Source of the DNA: Desulfobulbus propionicus DSM 2032
GTDB taxonomy: Bacteria; Desulfobacterota; Desulfobulbia; Desulfobulbales; Desulfobulbaceae
NCBI RefSeq assembly: GCF_000186885.1
Contig: NC_014972.1
Coordinates: 3,180,001-3,212,000, forward strand
Length of the DNA: 32,000 nt
Direction of reading: 5' to 3'
Both the position numbers and the translations under genes were made by a program. Shown here in pieces: positions 17,909 to 27,703 of the stretch. How positions within the stretch are numbered: the first letter of the stretch is position 1; each line of letters starts with the position of its first letter. The notes below the pieces were generated by a model, which saw only the letters and a list, made by a program, of their open reading frames with translations, was not told the DNA's origin and ran no database searches.

Positions 17909-20179
17909 ATGTTGAGTAAAGAGTTGGAATTGGCCCTGATCAAAGCGATCAAGGAAGCAAAGAATCACCGCCACGAATACGTCACCGTCGAGCACATGCT
18001 GTATGGGTTGCTCCATGACGACCTGGCCCGACACATCATTGATAAATGCGGTGGCAACAATGAAAACATCAAGGAACGCCTGGAGCGTTTCTTTGAAACC
18101 GGCATGCCGGTGATGAAGGAAGGCGACAGCGAACCGGCCCAGACCGTGGCTTTCAACCGGGTGTTGCAACGTGCGGTCAGTCACGTGCAGAGTTGCGGCA
18201 AAAAACAGGTGGACACCGGTGACGTGCTGGTGTCGATCTTCACCGAACCCGACTCGCATGCCGTCTATTTTCTCGGCAGCGAAGGGGTGGGACGTCTGGA
18301 GGTGGTCGAATACATCTCCCACAGTCTACCCGAATATCTGCAGAGCGAGCCGTTTCGCCAGCCGCCTCCGGGCCAGCAGCCAACGAAAAAACGGCAGGAC
18401 AAACAAACGGATGCCCTGGATGAATTCACGGTCAATTTCGCCAAACGTGCGGCCGAGGGCGGCATTGATCCGCTGATCGGCCGTGATCAGGAATTGTACC
18501 GGATGATGCAGGTGCTTTGCCGCCGGAAAAAGAACAATCCGTTGCTCGTTGGCGAACCGGGAGTGGGCAAAACGGCCATGGCCGAGGGATTGGCCCTGCG
18601 GATTCATGAAGACAGCGTTGCCCGGCTGGACGCCAACCCGGATCCCAAGAAACTGGTTCCCGACCTGTTGCAGGACGCGGAAATTTACATGCTGGATCTG
18701 GGCACCCTGGTGGCGGGCACCAAATACCGGGGCGATTTCGAGAAGCGGCTCAAGGAAGTGGTGGCGGCCATTGAGAAGAAGGAAAAAGCCATTTTATTCA
18801 TCGATGAGATGCATACCATCATCGGAGCCGGCGCCACCAGCGGCGGATCGATGGATGCGTCCAACCTGCTGAAGCCGGCGCTGCAGGCAGGGACCATCCG
18901 CTGCATTGGCTCGACGACCTACGAGGAATACAAGAATCATATCGAAAAGGATCGGGCCTTGTCCCGCCGCTTCCAGAAAATCGACATCGCTGAACCGTCG
19001 GTGGAGGACACCTGCCGTATCCTGCGCGGTCTCCAGTCCCGGTATGAGCAGCATCACCAGATTCGCTACGCCAAAACCGCCATCGAGGCCACGGCAGAAT
19101 TGGCGCACCGGTACATCAACGACCGCTTTCTTCCGGACAAGGCCATCGACGTGATGGATGAGGTCGGTGCCTTTTTCCGTCTGAGCGGTAAAACCGGACG
19201 GACCGTCGGAGTTCGCGATGTGGAGCAGATCGTCGCCAAAATCGCCCGGGTTCCGGTCACCAGCAAGACCGGCAGCGATGTCAGCGAACTGCGCCATCTC
19301 GACGAAAAACTCAAATCCGTCATTTTCGGTCAGGACGAGGCCATCGAGGCGTTGGTCAAGGCGGTCAAGCGTTCGCGGGCGGGCTTGGGAAATCCGCAGT
19401 CACCGACAGGCTCTTTTCTCTTCGCCGGCCCCACCGGCGTCGGCAAGACCGAGGTGGCCCGGCAGCTCGCGGCGTCTCTCGCCGTCCATTTCGAACGGTT
19501 CGATATGAGCGAGTACATGGAAAAACATGCGGTTGCCCGGCTGATAGGCGCGCCTCCCGGCTACATCGGCTTTGACCAGGGCGGACTGTTGACCGATGCG
19601 ATTCGCAAGTACCCTTATACCGTCCTCCTCCTTGACGAGATTGAAAAAGCCCATCCGGATGTGTTCTCGATCCTGTTGCAGGTCATGGACCATTCGACCC
19701 TGACCGACAATGCCGGTCGGCGGGCTGATTTCCGTAATGTCATCCTCATCATGACCACCAATGCCGGCGCCCGTGAGATGAGCGAGCGGACCATCGGTTT
19801 TCTAGGCGATTCCAAGGGCAAGGAACAGAAGGCGATCAAGAACCTCTTTTCGCCGGAGTTCCGTAACCGGCTTGACGCCACCATTAGTTTTGCGCCGCTT
19901 GAGCTGGCCACAGTGGAAAAGGTGGTCGACAAGATGGTGCACGAGTTGCAACAGCAATTGGCCGACAAAAAGGTCGAAATCTCCCTCAGCTCCGCAGCCC
20001 GCTCCTGGTTGGCCAAGGAAGGCTACGAACCGGCCTTCGGCGCCCGTCCCTTGCGTCGGTTGATCATGAAGGAGATTGGCGACGTGCTTACCGAGGAAAT
20101 CCTCTTCGGCCGCTTGGCCAAGGGCGGCAGGGTCAAAATTGGTCGCAAGAACGACACCACCACCTTCACCTATCTCTGA
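17909..20179 (+). CDS. clpA: ClpA, AAA+ unfoldase of ClpAP
   Basis: 756 aa. Clp N-domain, two AAA+ modules ([18 protein letters not shown]; [13 protein letters not shown]) and the ClpP-binding-loop context IGF (TIGFLG). GAGGA RBS 9 nt upstream. Confidence 0.95.
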   Translation: MLSKELELALIKAIKEAKNHRHEYVTVEHMLYGLLHDDLARHIIDKCGGNNENIKERLERFFETGMPVMKEGDSEPAQTVAFNRVLQRAVSHVQSCGKKQVDTGDVLVSIFTEPDSHAVYFLGSEGVGRLEVVEYISHSLPEYLQSEPFRQPPPGQQPTKKRQDKQTDALDEFTVNFAKRAAEGGIDPLIGRDQELYRMMQVLCRRKKNNPLLVGEPGVGKTAMAEGLALRIHEDSVARLDANPDPKKLVPDLLQDAEIYMLDLGTLVAGTKYRGDFEKRLKEVVAAIEKKEKAILFIDEMHTIIGAGATSGGSMDASNLLKPALQAGTIRCIGSTTYEEYKNHIEKDRALSRRFQKIDIAEPSVEDTCRILRGLQSRYEQHHQIRYAKTAIEATAELAHRYINDRFLPDKAIDVMDEVGAFFRLSGKTGRTVGVRDVEQIVAKIARVPVTSKTGSDVSELRHLDEKLKSVIFGQDEAIEALVKAVKRSRAGLGNPQSPTGSFLFAGPTGVGKTEVARQLAASLAVHFERFDMSEYMEKHAVARLIGAPPGYIGFDQGGLLTDAIRKYPYTVLLLDEIEKAHPDVFSILLQVMDHSTLTDNAGRRADFRNVILIMTTNAGAREMSERTIGFLGDSKGKEQKAIKNLFSPEFRNRLDATISFAPLELATVEKVVDKMVHELQQQLADKKVEISLSSAARSWLAKEGYEPAFGARPLRRLIMKEIGDVLTEEILFGRLAKGGRVKIGRKNDTTTFTYL

Positions 20180-20188
20180 TGCTCCTTG

Positions 20189-20216
20189 CAGCCGGGCGGC
20201 GAAAGTCGCCCGGCTG
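20189..20216 (+). terminator. Putative terminator hairpin after clpA
   Basis: CAGCCGGGCG (20189-20198) pairs with CGCCCGGCTG (20207-20216) across an 8-nt loop. It is followed by a pyrimidine-rich TTCCCTTCTCTTTCC stretch rather than a clean U-run. Confidence 0.5.
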
Positions 20217-20289
20217 TTCCCTTCTCTTTCCTCCCCCTTTTTCCCTCGACACTGAGTACAATTTTTTTAACCACTCTTTGTCTGTTGAA

Positions 20290-20318
20290 TTGACATTCAA
20301 AAAACGACACGTTAAGGT
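20290..20318 (+). promoter_or_regulatory. Candidate sigma70 promoter for the outer-membrane protein gene (TTGACA-N17-TAAGGT)
   Basis: A consensus -35 at 20290-20295, embedded in the inverted repeat TGAATtgacATTCA (20286-20299). The -10-like hexamer is at 20313-20318. Confidence 0.3.
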
Positions 20319-20438
20319 TCTTCGCAATTAAGAGTGTTATTCATTGCCGCCAGGTGTTTTTTTCTTCCGATTGATTCAGCTCGGGGGGAACAACCGCCGG
20401 GGTATATTCCAGGGCATCAACGAACAGGAGGGAGAGGA

Positions 20439-21992
20439 ATGGTCAAAAAATTTTCCATGCTGGTCGTGGCAGGGTTGATCGCGCTACCCACACTCGCGTC
20501 CGCCGGTGGCGGCAAAAGCAATGCTGATCTGGAGCAAAAAATTGAGGAATTGTCGCGGCAGCTCGATGAGCTGAAAGCCCAGATGGCCAAGCAGAACGAA
20601 ACCATCACCGAAACCAGCGGCAAGGTCGACGACATGGACACCATGCTCGAGGAAAAATCCGAGCAATGGGATCTTGCATCGCGCTTCCAGTTCGACGGCG
20701 ATTTCCGCGCCCGGGGCGATTATTACAATGCGAGCACGGTGTTTGCAGCTGGAACACCCTTGTTTGACGGATACGACAGTCTCGGTAATCCACAGTTCAG
20801 GCCAGCGGGTGGTGGTCAGGAAAACGACACCATCATGACCAACCGTCTCCGCCTGAATATGCGGGTCAAGGCCACCGAAAACCTGGAGTTCAAAGGCCGG
20901 TTGGCCATGTACAAGGCGTGGGGCATGCAATCCACGCCCGATGGCCTTGGCGGCGGCTTTCCAGTTTTTGACGGCAATACCACCCGTACCCCCGATGACA
21001 GTGCCCTCTATGTCGACCGCGCCTTTGTCAACTGGAACAACATCGGCGGCGCTCCGGTTTGGTTTTCGATCGGCCGTCGTCCTACCACCGACGGCCCGCC
21101 CGCGCAACTGCGCATGGGGAACGAGGAACGCATGGCCACACCCGTGGCCTACATGGACTATCCCTTTGACGGCATTTCGCTCGGGTATGCCTATGACTGG
21201 GGGACCGACGCCCTCGGCGAAGGCCGCATTCGCTTCTGTTATGGCCGTGGCTTTGAAAATGGGCTGGAAGACGATACAGGGGCCAGCATCGACGATACCG
21301 ATTTTGCCGGCATTGATTGGGATATCTTGAAACAGGGACCGCGTTTTCTCAACCTCCAATCGTTTGGCGCCTTTAATCTCTTCAACTACCCAACCTTCAG
21401 CAGCGATCTTGTGAACTACGGCGCGCCAAGCGAGTACGGCGCCCAGATCAATCTCGGCAATGTTTACCACACCAGCGCGGTCTATATGGACAAGATCAAC
21501 AACCTGAACTATTTCATCGCTGGTGGCTGGAGCCGTACCGATCCGAACGAGAACGGCATGTTCAATGACTACACCAGCGCGACCCCAAAAAATACCGATG
21601 CGGAAGACGGCTATTCCGTCTATGCCGGCGTACGCTACGACCTGGACAATCTTGGCCTCAAACTCGGCGCGGAATACAACTACGGCTCCCAGTACTGGAT
21701 CGCTTTCTCGCCCGGCCACGACGATCTCTATATGTCGAAACTGGCCACCCGGGGCAGCGCCTACGAACTGTATATGATTTACGATTTACCCACCGGTGAG
21801 GCGATCTCGAAATATGCGCAGACCTTCATCCGTCTGGGGTGGCAGTACTATGATTACAACTATTCCGGCGGATTTGATTGGAACCTCAAGCCGTACGATT
21901 TGGATGACGAAAAAATGCAAATGCAGATGATGGGCCTGGATCCGGTTGAGAGCGCCAATCAGGTCTATCTCACCTTTGAGGCCTACTTCTGA
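20439..21992 (+). CDS. Outer-membrane beta-barrel protein with N-terminal coiled coil (DUF3373-like, porin-like)
   Basis: Start at ATG 20439 (AGGAGGGAGAGGA upstream). Signal peptide MVKKFSMLVVAGLIALPTLASA. Coiled coil DLEQKIEELSRQLDELKAQMAKQ. Alternating amphipathic strands are rich in Y/G/N/D. The protein ends with the OMP signature ...YLTFEAYF. Confidence 0.75.
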   Translation: MVKKFSMLVVAGLIALPTLASAGGGKSNADLEQKIEELSRQLDELKAQMAKQNETITETSGKVDDMDTMLEEKSEQWDLASRFQFDGDFRARGDYYNASTVFAAGTPLFDGYDSLGNPQFRPAGGGQENDTIMTNRLRLNMRVKATENLEFKGRLAMYKAWGMQSTPDGLGGGFPVFDGNTTRTPDDSALYVDRAFVNWNNIGGAPVWFSIGRRPTTDGPPAQLRMGNEERMATPVAYMDYPFDGISLGYAYDWGTDALGEGRIRFCYGRGFENGLEDDTGASIDDTDFAGIDWDILKQGPRFLNLQSFGAFNLFNYPTFSSDLVNYGAPSEYGAQINLGNVYHTSAVYMDKINNLNYFIAGGWSRTDPNENGMFNDYTSATPKNTDAEDGYSVYAGVRYDLDNLGLKLGAEYNYGSQYWIAFSPGHDDLYMSKLATRGSAYELYMIYDLPTGEAISKYAQTFIRLGWQYYDYNYSGGFDWNLKPYDLDDEKMQMQMMGLDPVESANQVYLTFEAYF

Positions 21993-22018
21993 TCCCTTCC
22001 TTGCGCCTGCATCATCAA

Positions 22019-22046
22019 GGGAAAGCCGCTCGGCTTTCCCTTTTTT
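22019..22046 (+). terminator. Rho-independent terminator
   Basis: GGGAAAGCC (22019-22027) pairs with GGCTTTCCC (22032-22040) across a 4-nt loop, followed by T6 (22041-22046). Confidence 0.85.
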
Positions 22047-22067
22047 ATTCTCACCACCGGAAGCATC

Positions 22068-22898
22068 ATGCGAGCTGAAGATACACCCTTTCCTTTTTAC
22101 ACAAGCAATCTGCTGTCCGTTCCCCATGGGCTGTTCTGTTGTGCGGGCGGCACCAGTGACGCCCCCTTTGCCTCGCTCAACCTCAGCCACTCTGTGGGCG
22201 ATCATCCCGATCGCGTGCGCATCAACCGCGAGCGGGCCAATGACGCCCTTGGCCTGCGGCACCTCATTGCCGTCAAGCAGATCCACGCCGATCAAATACT
22301 CCAGGCCGAGCCGGCCCATATCGGCACCGAGCAGGAGGGATATGACGCCATTATCTCCACCCTCCCGGGCACAGGGGTGCTGATTCAACAAGCCGACTGC
22401 CAGGCGGTGCTGCTTTGGGCCCCGCAGCACCATGTTGTCGCCGCCATCCACTGCGGCTGGCGGGGCAGCGTCCTCAATATCATCGGCAAGACCGTGCGGT
22501 GCCTGAGCGAACAGTACGACGTGCCTGCCGAGAGTCTGCGAGCGGTGATCAGCCCTTCATTGGGGCCATGTTGCGCGGAATTCATCAACTACCGAACGGA
22601 ACTGCCCACCTGGATGCATGCCTACCAGATTCGGCCGTTTTTTTTCGATTTCTGGGCCATCAGCCGGCATCAATTGATCAGCGTGGGTGTGCAGCCGGAT
22701 CATATCGAGACGGCCAACATGTGCACCTGTTGCGACCAGCGATTCTTCTCCTACCGTCGGGCAACAAAATCAGCCCAGGGCATCACCGGTCGCAACGGTT
22801 CAATCATCGGTCTTCCAGCGTCAACCGCCGTTCTGTCGCCTGGCCCTCAAACGAGGGACGCCGCTCAAAAGGTGAAATCGCAGATCAAGGGAGCGTGA
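22068..22898 (+). CDS. pgeF: YfiH/PgeF family (DUF152, laccase-domain; peptidoglycan editing factor / purine nucleoside enzyme)
   Basis: Motifs FASLNLSHSVGD, VKQIHAD, ADCQAVLL, IHCGWRG, SLGPCC and CTCCDQRFFSYRR. It carries a roughly 30-aa C-terminal tail beyond the usual family end. Confidence 0.85.
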   Translation: MRAEDTPFPFYTSNLLSVPHGLFCCAGGTSDAPFASLNLSHSVGDHPDRVRINRERANDALGLRHLIAVKQIHADQILQAEPAHIGTEQEGYDAIISTLPGTGVLIQQADCQAVLLWAPQHHVVAAIHCGWRGSVLNIIGKTVRCLSEQYDVPAESLRAVISPSLGPCCAEFINYRTELPTWMHAYQIRPFFFDFWAISRHQLISVGVQPDHIETANMCTCCDQRFFSYRRATKSAQGITGRNGSIIGLPASTAVLSPGPQTRDAAQKVKSQIKGA

Positions 22899-23596
22899 TC
22901 CGAGTAGGTCACGCTGGGGATGTGGAAATGCACCACCTTGAGCTCCGGACTGTGGAGAATGAAATCCAGCTCCCGTTTTGGAGCCCGACTGGGATAGGAG
23001 GGTTTTTTCTCGGGATTGGCGCTGATCAAACCGGTGGCGCCGAGAAAGAGTTCAAGTTCGCGCATCCCCCAGAGCACATTGAAATCTCCCGCCAGTATCA
23101 TCGGCCGGTCAACCTGGCGGATCAATTTGTAGAGGCGTTCCAGCTGATACTGGCGGTTGCGGTAGGTCAGGGAGAGGTGAACCAGGAAAATGGTCAGCCG
23201 CTCGGTGCATACCTGGATCACCAACCGTTTCACCCCTTCGTCGAAATAGTGAAAGCGGTGGCTGATGATCGGCATCCGGGTCAGCACGGCATTGCCCTGG
23301 GTTTTGAGCAACGGCAGGCGTTTGGCCATGGAAGCCGATCCATATTTGGTCTCGATCACATGGTAATACCCGAGTTGATCGGCGAGCATCTCTGCCTGGC
23401 ACAGCTGATCGGTGCGGAAGGAACCGCCATCCACCTCGACCAGCCCCATCACGTCCGGCTGAACCGATCGGATGAATTCCCTGATCTTGCTGAAATTATC
23501 ATGCGAATGTCGCAGGTAGCCCGCGTAGGGAAACGGAAAGTGAAACCGGCTCCCATGCCCCGCGGCATAGCGAATGTTATAGAGTAAAAAGCGCAA
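22865..23596 (-). CDS. Endonuclease/exonuclease/phosphatase (EEP) family hydrolase
   Basis: 243 aa. Motifs LLYNIRYA, DVMGLVEVD, LAGDFN and the C-terminal SDHAPLICDF. Confidence 0.85.
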   Translation of the reverse strand: MRFLLYNIRYAAGHGSRFHFPFPYAGYLRHSHDNFSKIREFIRSVQPDVMGLVEVDGGSFRTDQLCQAEMLADQLGYYHVIETKYGSASMAKRLPLLKTQGNAVLTRMPIISHRFHYFDEGVKRLVIQVCTERLTIFLVHLSLTYRNRQYQLERLYKLIRQVDRPMILAGDFNVLWGMRELELFLGATGLISANPEKKPSYPSRAPKRELDFILHSPELKVVHFHIPSVTYSDHAPLICDFTF

Positions 23597-23613
23597 TCCG
23601 CAGCCTCCGTTCC

Positions 23614-25008
23614 CTACTCACGCGGCCGCCGGAGTCCAAACACCCCCTGCGCTGCGCTGCTGAAGGCCGGGTTCAATCCACCCCGGCCCCGCGTCCGTGA
23701 TTCGCCGTTGCCCTCGTGCACCGGACTCAGCACCTCGACCGCCTCCTCGGGCGGCTTATCGACAACAAACCGTTCCGGCTTGAGCGCGGCAATACCCTGT
23801 GATTCGAGATAGATATCGTAAAAGCGGGAGCAGTCGCGGTAGTAGCTTTTTCGCTTCAGCCACTTGGGATCGCCCCCCTGAACACGGGCATGATGAAAAG
23901 TCGACAGATTGATCAACAGGGTCGTTATCGCCTCCTTGGCCATCCGCTGCACATTGAACGGCTCGCCAAAATAACGGTCGACATCCTCCTTGATCATCCG
24001 CGACAGACGATGGAACGCCTGGCCACGCACGTTTGTTTCGGGCAAATTGAAGCGCTGGCAGGCCCACGGCAGCAGCAGGGTGGCCAGCAGGAGGGATTCC
24101 GGAATCTTTACTGGTTCATCCTCGCCCCCGCGGGCGTGGAGACGATCAAGCACGGTGAAGATATTGAGCAGCTCCTGGCGGATCCTCTCCCCATCCCCCC
24201 CCTGCAGGGCATCGGCATACAGCGGGAACAGGGCGGCCCACAGCGAAGAGGTCATGCACAGTTCGGCCCAGGGGCGGCTTGCGCCGGACTGGAGATCCTT
24301 CAGGACCTCGTCGCGGATTCGCGAAGGCGGACAGAGGAGCAATTTTTCCCGGTGCCGCCGCAGAGCGGCAAAGGTATCATCCTCAATGGAAAACCCGGTG
24401 CGGGCCGCATGCCGCACCACCCGCATCATCCGCACGGGATCGCGGGTGAACCGTCGATCCGGATCGCCGACGACGCGGATGATTCCGTCATCCAGATCAC
24501 GGACCCCGCCGGTGTAGTCGATGATGGTGTGGTTTTCGATCTCGTAGAACAGGGCATTGATGGTCAGATCGCGGCGAAAGGCATCTTCTTCCAGGGTGCC
24601 GAAGGTGTTGTTGGACGGCAGCACCGCATCGTCGCCATCGATATCGAACTCGCTGCTGGAGCGCAGCGTGGAAACCTCGATGATCTTGTTGCCACGAAAA
24701 AAGACTTGCACCAAGCGAAACCGGCGGCCGATGGTCCGGCTGTTGCGAAACAGCTGCCGCAGCTGCCCCGGTCGGGCATCAGTGGAGATGTCGAAATCCT
24801 TGGGCGTTCGCCCAAGGTACAAATCACGGACACCGCCGCCCACCAGATATCCCTTGAACCCGGCATCCCGAAGACGGTACAGAACCTTCAGCGCCTCGCG
24901 ATCCAGCAGATGTTCGCGGATGGGGTGTTCCGATTCGGGAATGATGATGGCGGATACCGCCGCTCCCTTTTCCGGAGCGGCGTGTTGCTCCTGGGTTTCA
25001 GCTGTCAT
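23614..25008 (-). CDS. pcnB: Poly(A) polymerase I (PcnB; class II nucleotidyltransferase)
   Basis: LKVLYRLRDAGFKGYLVGGGVRDLYLGRTPKDFDISTDARPGQLRQLFRNSRTIGRRFRLVQV and RRDLTINALFY align closely by eye with E. coli PcnB. I prefer ATG 25008 to the track's TTG at 25032. Confidence 0.85.
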   Translation of the reverse strand: MTAETQEQHAAPEKGAAVSAIIIPESEHPIREHLLDREALKVLYRLRDAGFKGYLVGGGVRDLYLGRTPKDFDISTDARPGQLRQLFRNSRTIGRRFRLVQVFFRGNKIIEVSTLRSSSEFDIDGDDAVLPSNNTFGTLEEDAFRRDLTINALFYEIENHTIIDYTGGVRDLDDGIIRVVGDPDRRFTRDPVRMMRVVRHAARTGFSIEDDTFAALRRHREKLLLCPPSRIRDEVLKDLQSGASRPWAELCMTSSLWAALFPLYADALQGGDGERIRQELLNIFTVLDRLHARGGEDEPVKIPESLLLATLLLPWACQRFNLPETNVRGQAFHRLSRMIKEDVDRYFGEPFNVQRMAKEAITTLLINLSTFHHARVQGGDPKWLKRKSYYRDCSRFYDIYLESQGIAALKPERFVVDKPPEEAVEVLSPVHEGNGESRTRGRGGLNPAFSSAAQGVFGLRRPRE

Positions 25009-25062
25009 GCAATCCAAGCGACAGGGGAACAATGATAGAGGGCCAAAACAGCGCGTTCCGCA

Positions 25063-26040
25063 TCAATACTGAACGGCCTTTTCCTTGTAGACCGATTCCG
25101 CTGCCTGGACAAACTGGTTGAAGATCTCTTGCACCGAGAGAATCTCCTTCATTTTAAAGGTGTTGGCCCCGGAAAAAACCAACCCGTTCTCCACATCGCC
25201 GTCGTGGGCAGCCCGCAGCCGCTCGCTGATGCAGTATTTGTAGCTGCACTTTTTCAGGCACTTGAACAGGCACGACTTGGCGGAAATATCGTCGCCATTG
25301 AGCATCTTTTCCACGAAGGGGGTTTTGACCGCTCTTCCCGGCATGCCGACCGGCGAGGAAACAAGAACAATATCCTCTTGCTTGGCCTTGAGAAAGGCCT
25401 CCTTGAACTTCTCGGAAACCGAGCATTCCTTGCTGAGGACAAAGCGGGAAGCGATCTGAACGCCATCGGCACCGTATTTATCCATCATTTCAGCCATCTC
25501 AAAACCGTTGGTGATTCCACCGGCGGCAATCAGCGGGATCTTGGACACCACCTTACGGATAGAGGGGAAGAGTTCGCGCAACGGGGTTTCGGTCCCGAGG
25601 TGACCGCCGGCCTCCGTGGCCTCGACGATGATGGCAGCCGCCCCCAGTTTCTCGGCCAATTTGGCCAAGCCCGGCGAGGAAACGATTGACACGATCGGTA
25701 TGTTGAATTTGGCGCCGATTTTGAAAATATCGCGGGAAAAACCTGCTCCCGTGATGATCATGTCGGCCCCGGCCTCGATGGATCCCATGACCAGATCATA
25801 GAAATCCTTCATGGCATACATGATATTGACCGCAATCACCCCTTTGGTGGCCTTTTTGGCCTTGCGGATATCCTCCTGCAGTTCAGGAACCGGGATTCCG
25901 GAACCACCGATGGTACCGATCCCGCCACATTCGGCCACCGGCACCGCCAGAGCGGACGTGGAAACCCGGATGGACATGCCGCCCTGGATAATGGGAATTT
26001 TCGCGATGAGCGAACCTATTTTTAGTTCTGGCAGTTTCAT
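25063..26040 (-). CDS. NMO/2-nitropropane-dioxygenase-family FMN oxidoreductase (FabK-like TIM barrel)
   Basis: 325 aa. Motifs PIIQGGMS, ECGGIGTIG, EAGGHLG and AAGGI, plus a C-terminal CLFKCLKKCSYKYC cysteine cluster. Confidence 0.8.
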   Translation of the reverse strand: MKLPELKIGSLIAKIPIIQGGMSIRVSTSALAVPVAECGGIGTIGGSGIPVPELQEDIRKAKKATKGVIAVNIMYAMKDFYDLVMGSIEAGADMIITGAGFSRDIFKIGAKFNIPIVSIVSSPGLAKLAEKLGAAAIIVEATEAGGHLGTETPLRELFPSIRKVVSKIPLIAAGGITNGFEMAEMMDKYGADGVQIASRFVLSKECSVSEKFKEAFLKAKQEDIVLVSSPVGMPGRAVKTPFVEKMLNGDDISAKSCLFKCLKKCSYKYCISERLRAAHDGDVENGLVFSGANTFKMKEILSVQEIFNQFVQAAESVYKEKAVQY

Positions 26041-26327
26041 TCAAGCCTCTTGATCAAGTGTTGCTTTCGGAATTATATGGAAAATGCGCCCGTTGGCGCA
26101 AAAAAGCCATGCTTTTACAACAAAAAAAGAATGCCGAGATCCCTGGTGTTTGTCAAGCCCTGGGGGCTTGACGGAAAAAATGAATATGAAAAGTTATTCT
26201 ACCATAATATGACCACATCGGCTTGACTTTTCACCTCTTTTACGAGTACATTTATTATTTTTTGTCGACCTTCTCAGTCGCATCGGGTTGCGCACAGCGC
26301 ACCCTTCGAGATACATTGGAGTTTTAA

Positions 26328-27602
26328 TTGAAGATTCAAGCAATTAACGGTTTCAAGGATATCCTGCCGGATACGGCGGTGCGATGGCGCCACATCGAGC
26401 AGCGCGCCCGCGATATCTTCGAGCGCTTCGGCATGCGTGAAATCCGCACGCCGATCATGGAAAAGACCGAACTCTTCGTGCGCTCCATCGGTGAAGCCAC
26501 CGACGTGGTCGAAAAGGAAATGTACACCTTTATCGACAAGGGCATCACCATGCGGCCCGAGGCCACGGCGTCGATCATGCGTGCCTTCATCGAACACGGC
26601 CTCCATGTCCAGCAGCCGATCCAGCGGCTCTATGCCATCGGCCCCATGTTTCGCCATGAACGGCCGCAAAAGGGGCGGTTGCGCCAATTCCATCAGCTGG
26701 ACGCCGAAATCATTGGCGCGGTGGAGCCACGGGTGGACGCCGAATTGATTGCCATGGGCCAGATGCTGCTCGACGAACTCGGCCTTTCGGTCAGCCTGGA
26801 ACTCAATTCCTTGGGTTGCCCTATATGTCGCCCCCCCTTCAAGCAACGACTGGTCGCCTTTCTTGAACAAACCAGCGAGGGGTTGTGCGAGGACTGCAAG
26901 CGCCGCACCCAGACCAACCCCCTGCGCGTACTGGACTGCAAGAAACCAACCTGCCGTGCCTTGGTCAAGGATGCGCCGTCCCTGCTCGATGCCCTCTGTC
27001 CCGACTGCGACCGCCACTTCCAGGAAGTCCAAGGAGCGTTGCAGGGGCTGGAGATCCCCTTTAGGCTCAACCCGTTCATGGTTCGAGGACTTGACTACTA
27101 CACCCGCACCACCTTCGAATTTCTCACCACCGACCTGGGGGCGCAGGCGGCGGTGGGCGCAGGCGGTCGTTACGATGGCCTGATTGAAGAACTGGGCGGC
27201 CCTCCGCTGTCTGGCATCGGTTTCGCCATGGGGCTGGAACGCATCGCCCTGCTGCTCGAACAGCGGCCGGAGGGTGAACAGCCGACCGACACCACGGATA
27301 TTTTCATCGCCGCCCTCGGCCAAGCCACCCTTGCACCCTGCAGCCAATTGGCGCACGGGCTGCGCAAGCAGGGAATCAGGGTGGGGATCGATTACAGCGG
27401 GCGCGGCCTCAAAGCATTGCTCAAACAAGCGGCACGGATCAATGCCCGCTTTACCTTGATCGTCGGTGATGACGAATGGGCGAGCCAGCAAGGCATCCTC
27501 AGAAACATGACGACCCAGGAACAGCAACCTGTTGCCCTGGTCGGCACCACGGACGAACTCAGCCGACGGTTGGCGGAACATTTGCAGGTATTAAGACACT
27601 GA
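26328..27602 (+). CDS. hisS: Histidyl-tRNA synthetase
   Basis: 424 aa. Motifs GFKDILP, the class II motifs (YTFIDKGITMRPEATAS, FRHERPQKGRLRQFHQ, GGGRYDGL) and a C-terminal anticodon-binding domain. TTG start with GGAG 6 nt upstream. Confidence 0.95.
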   Translation: MKIQAINGFKDILPDTAVRWRHIEQRARDIFERFGMREIRTPIMEKTELFVRSIGEATDVVEKEMYTFIDKGITMRPEATASIMRAFIEHGLHVQQPIQRLYAIGPMFRHERPQKGRLRQFHQLDAEIIGAVEPRVDAELIAMGQMLLDELGLSVSLELNSLGCPICRPPFKQRLVAFLEQTSEGLCEDCKRRTQTNPLRVLDCKKPTCRALVKDAPSLLDALCPDCDRHFQEVQGALQGLEIPFRLNPFMVRGLDYYTRTTFEFLTTDLGAQAAVGAGGRYDGLIEELGGPPLSGIGFAMGLERIALLLEQRPEGEQPTDTTDIFIAALGQATLAPCSQLAHGLRKQGIRVGIDYSGRGLKALLKQAARINARFTLIVGDDEWASQQGILRNMTTQEQQPVALVGTTDELSRRLAEHLQVLRH

Positions 27603-27703
27603 CCGCACTTTCCGGCCTTTCCCCTAAACGAACAAACAGGCTGCCGGCGTCGCATTTTCCGGTTCGGTCTAACGACGGAACCGCTCATCTTTGGAGAATA
27701 ACT

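Noticed and set aside
20484-21719. 411-aa ORF antisense to the outer-membrane barrel gene
   Set aside because: It is a shadow ORF. The plus-strand frame has a signal peptide, an RBS, a C-terminal Phe and flanking terminators.
22415-25035. 390-aa and 381-aa plus-strand ORFs opposite the EEP and pcnB genes. The same applies to other long opposite-strand ORFs elsewhere in the window: 1088-2056, 5749-6666, 13626-14324, 14727-15416, 17732-18322, 28814-29584, 29633-30643 and 30692-31432.
   Set aside because: All lie opposite genes with strong family motifs and show no motifs of their own. They are the expected stop-poor antisense frames of roughly 60% GC DNA.
26041-26327. T-box leader upstream of hisS
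   Set aside because: I found no T-box consensus (AANNNGGGTGGTACCGCG-like) and no terminator/antiterminator pair with a U-run. Only a short bulged hairpin is present.
26274-27581. 435-aa ORF antisense to hisS
   Set aside because: It is the mirror frame of a confidently identified HisS. It has no motifs, and its composition is typical of a GC-rich shadow ORF.
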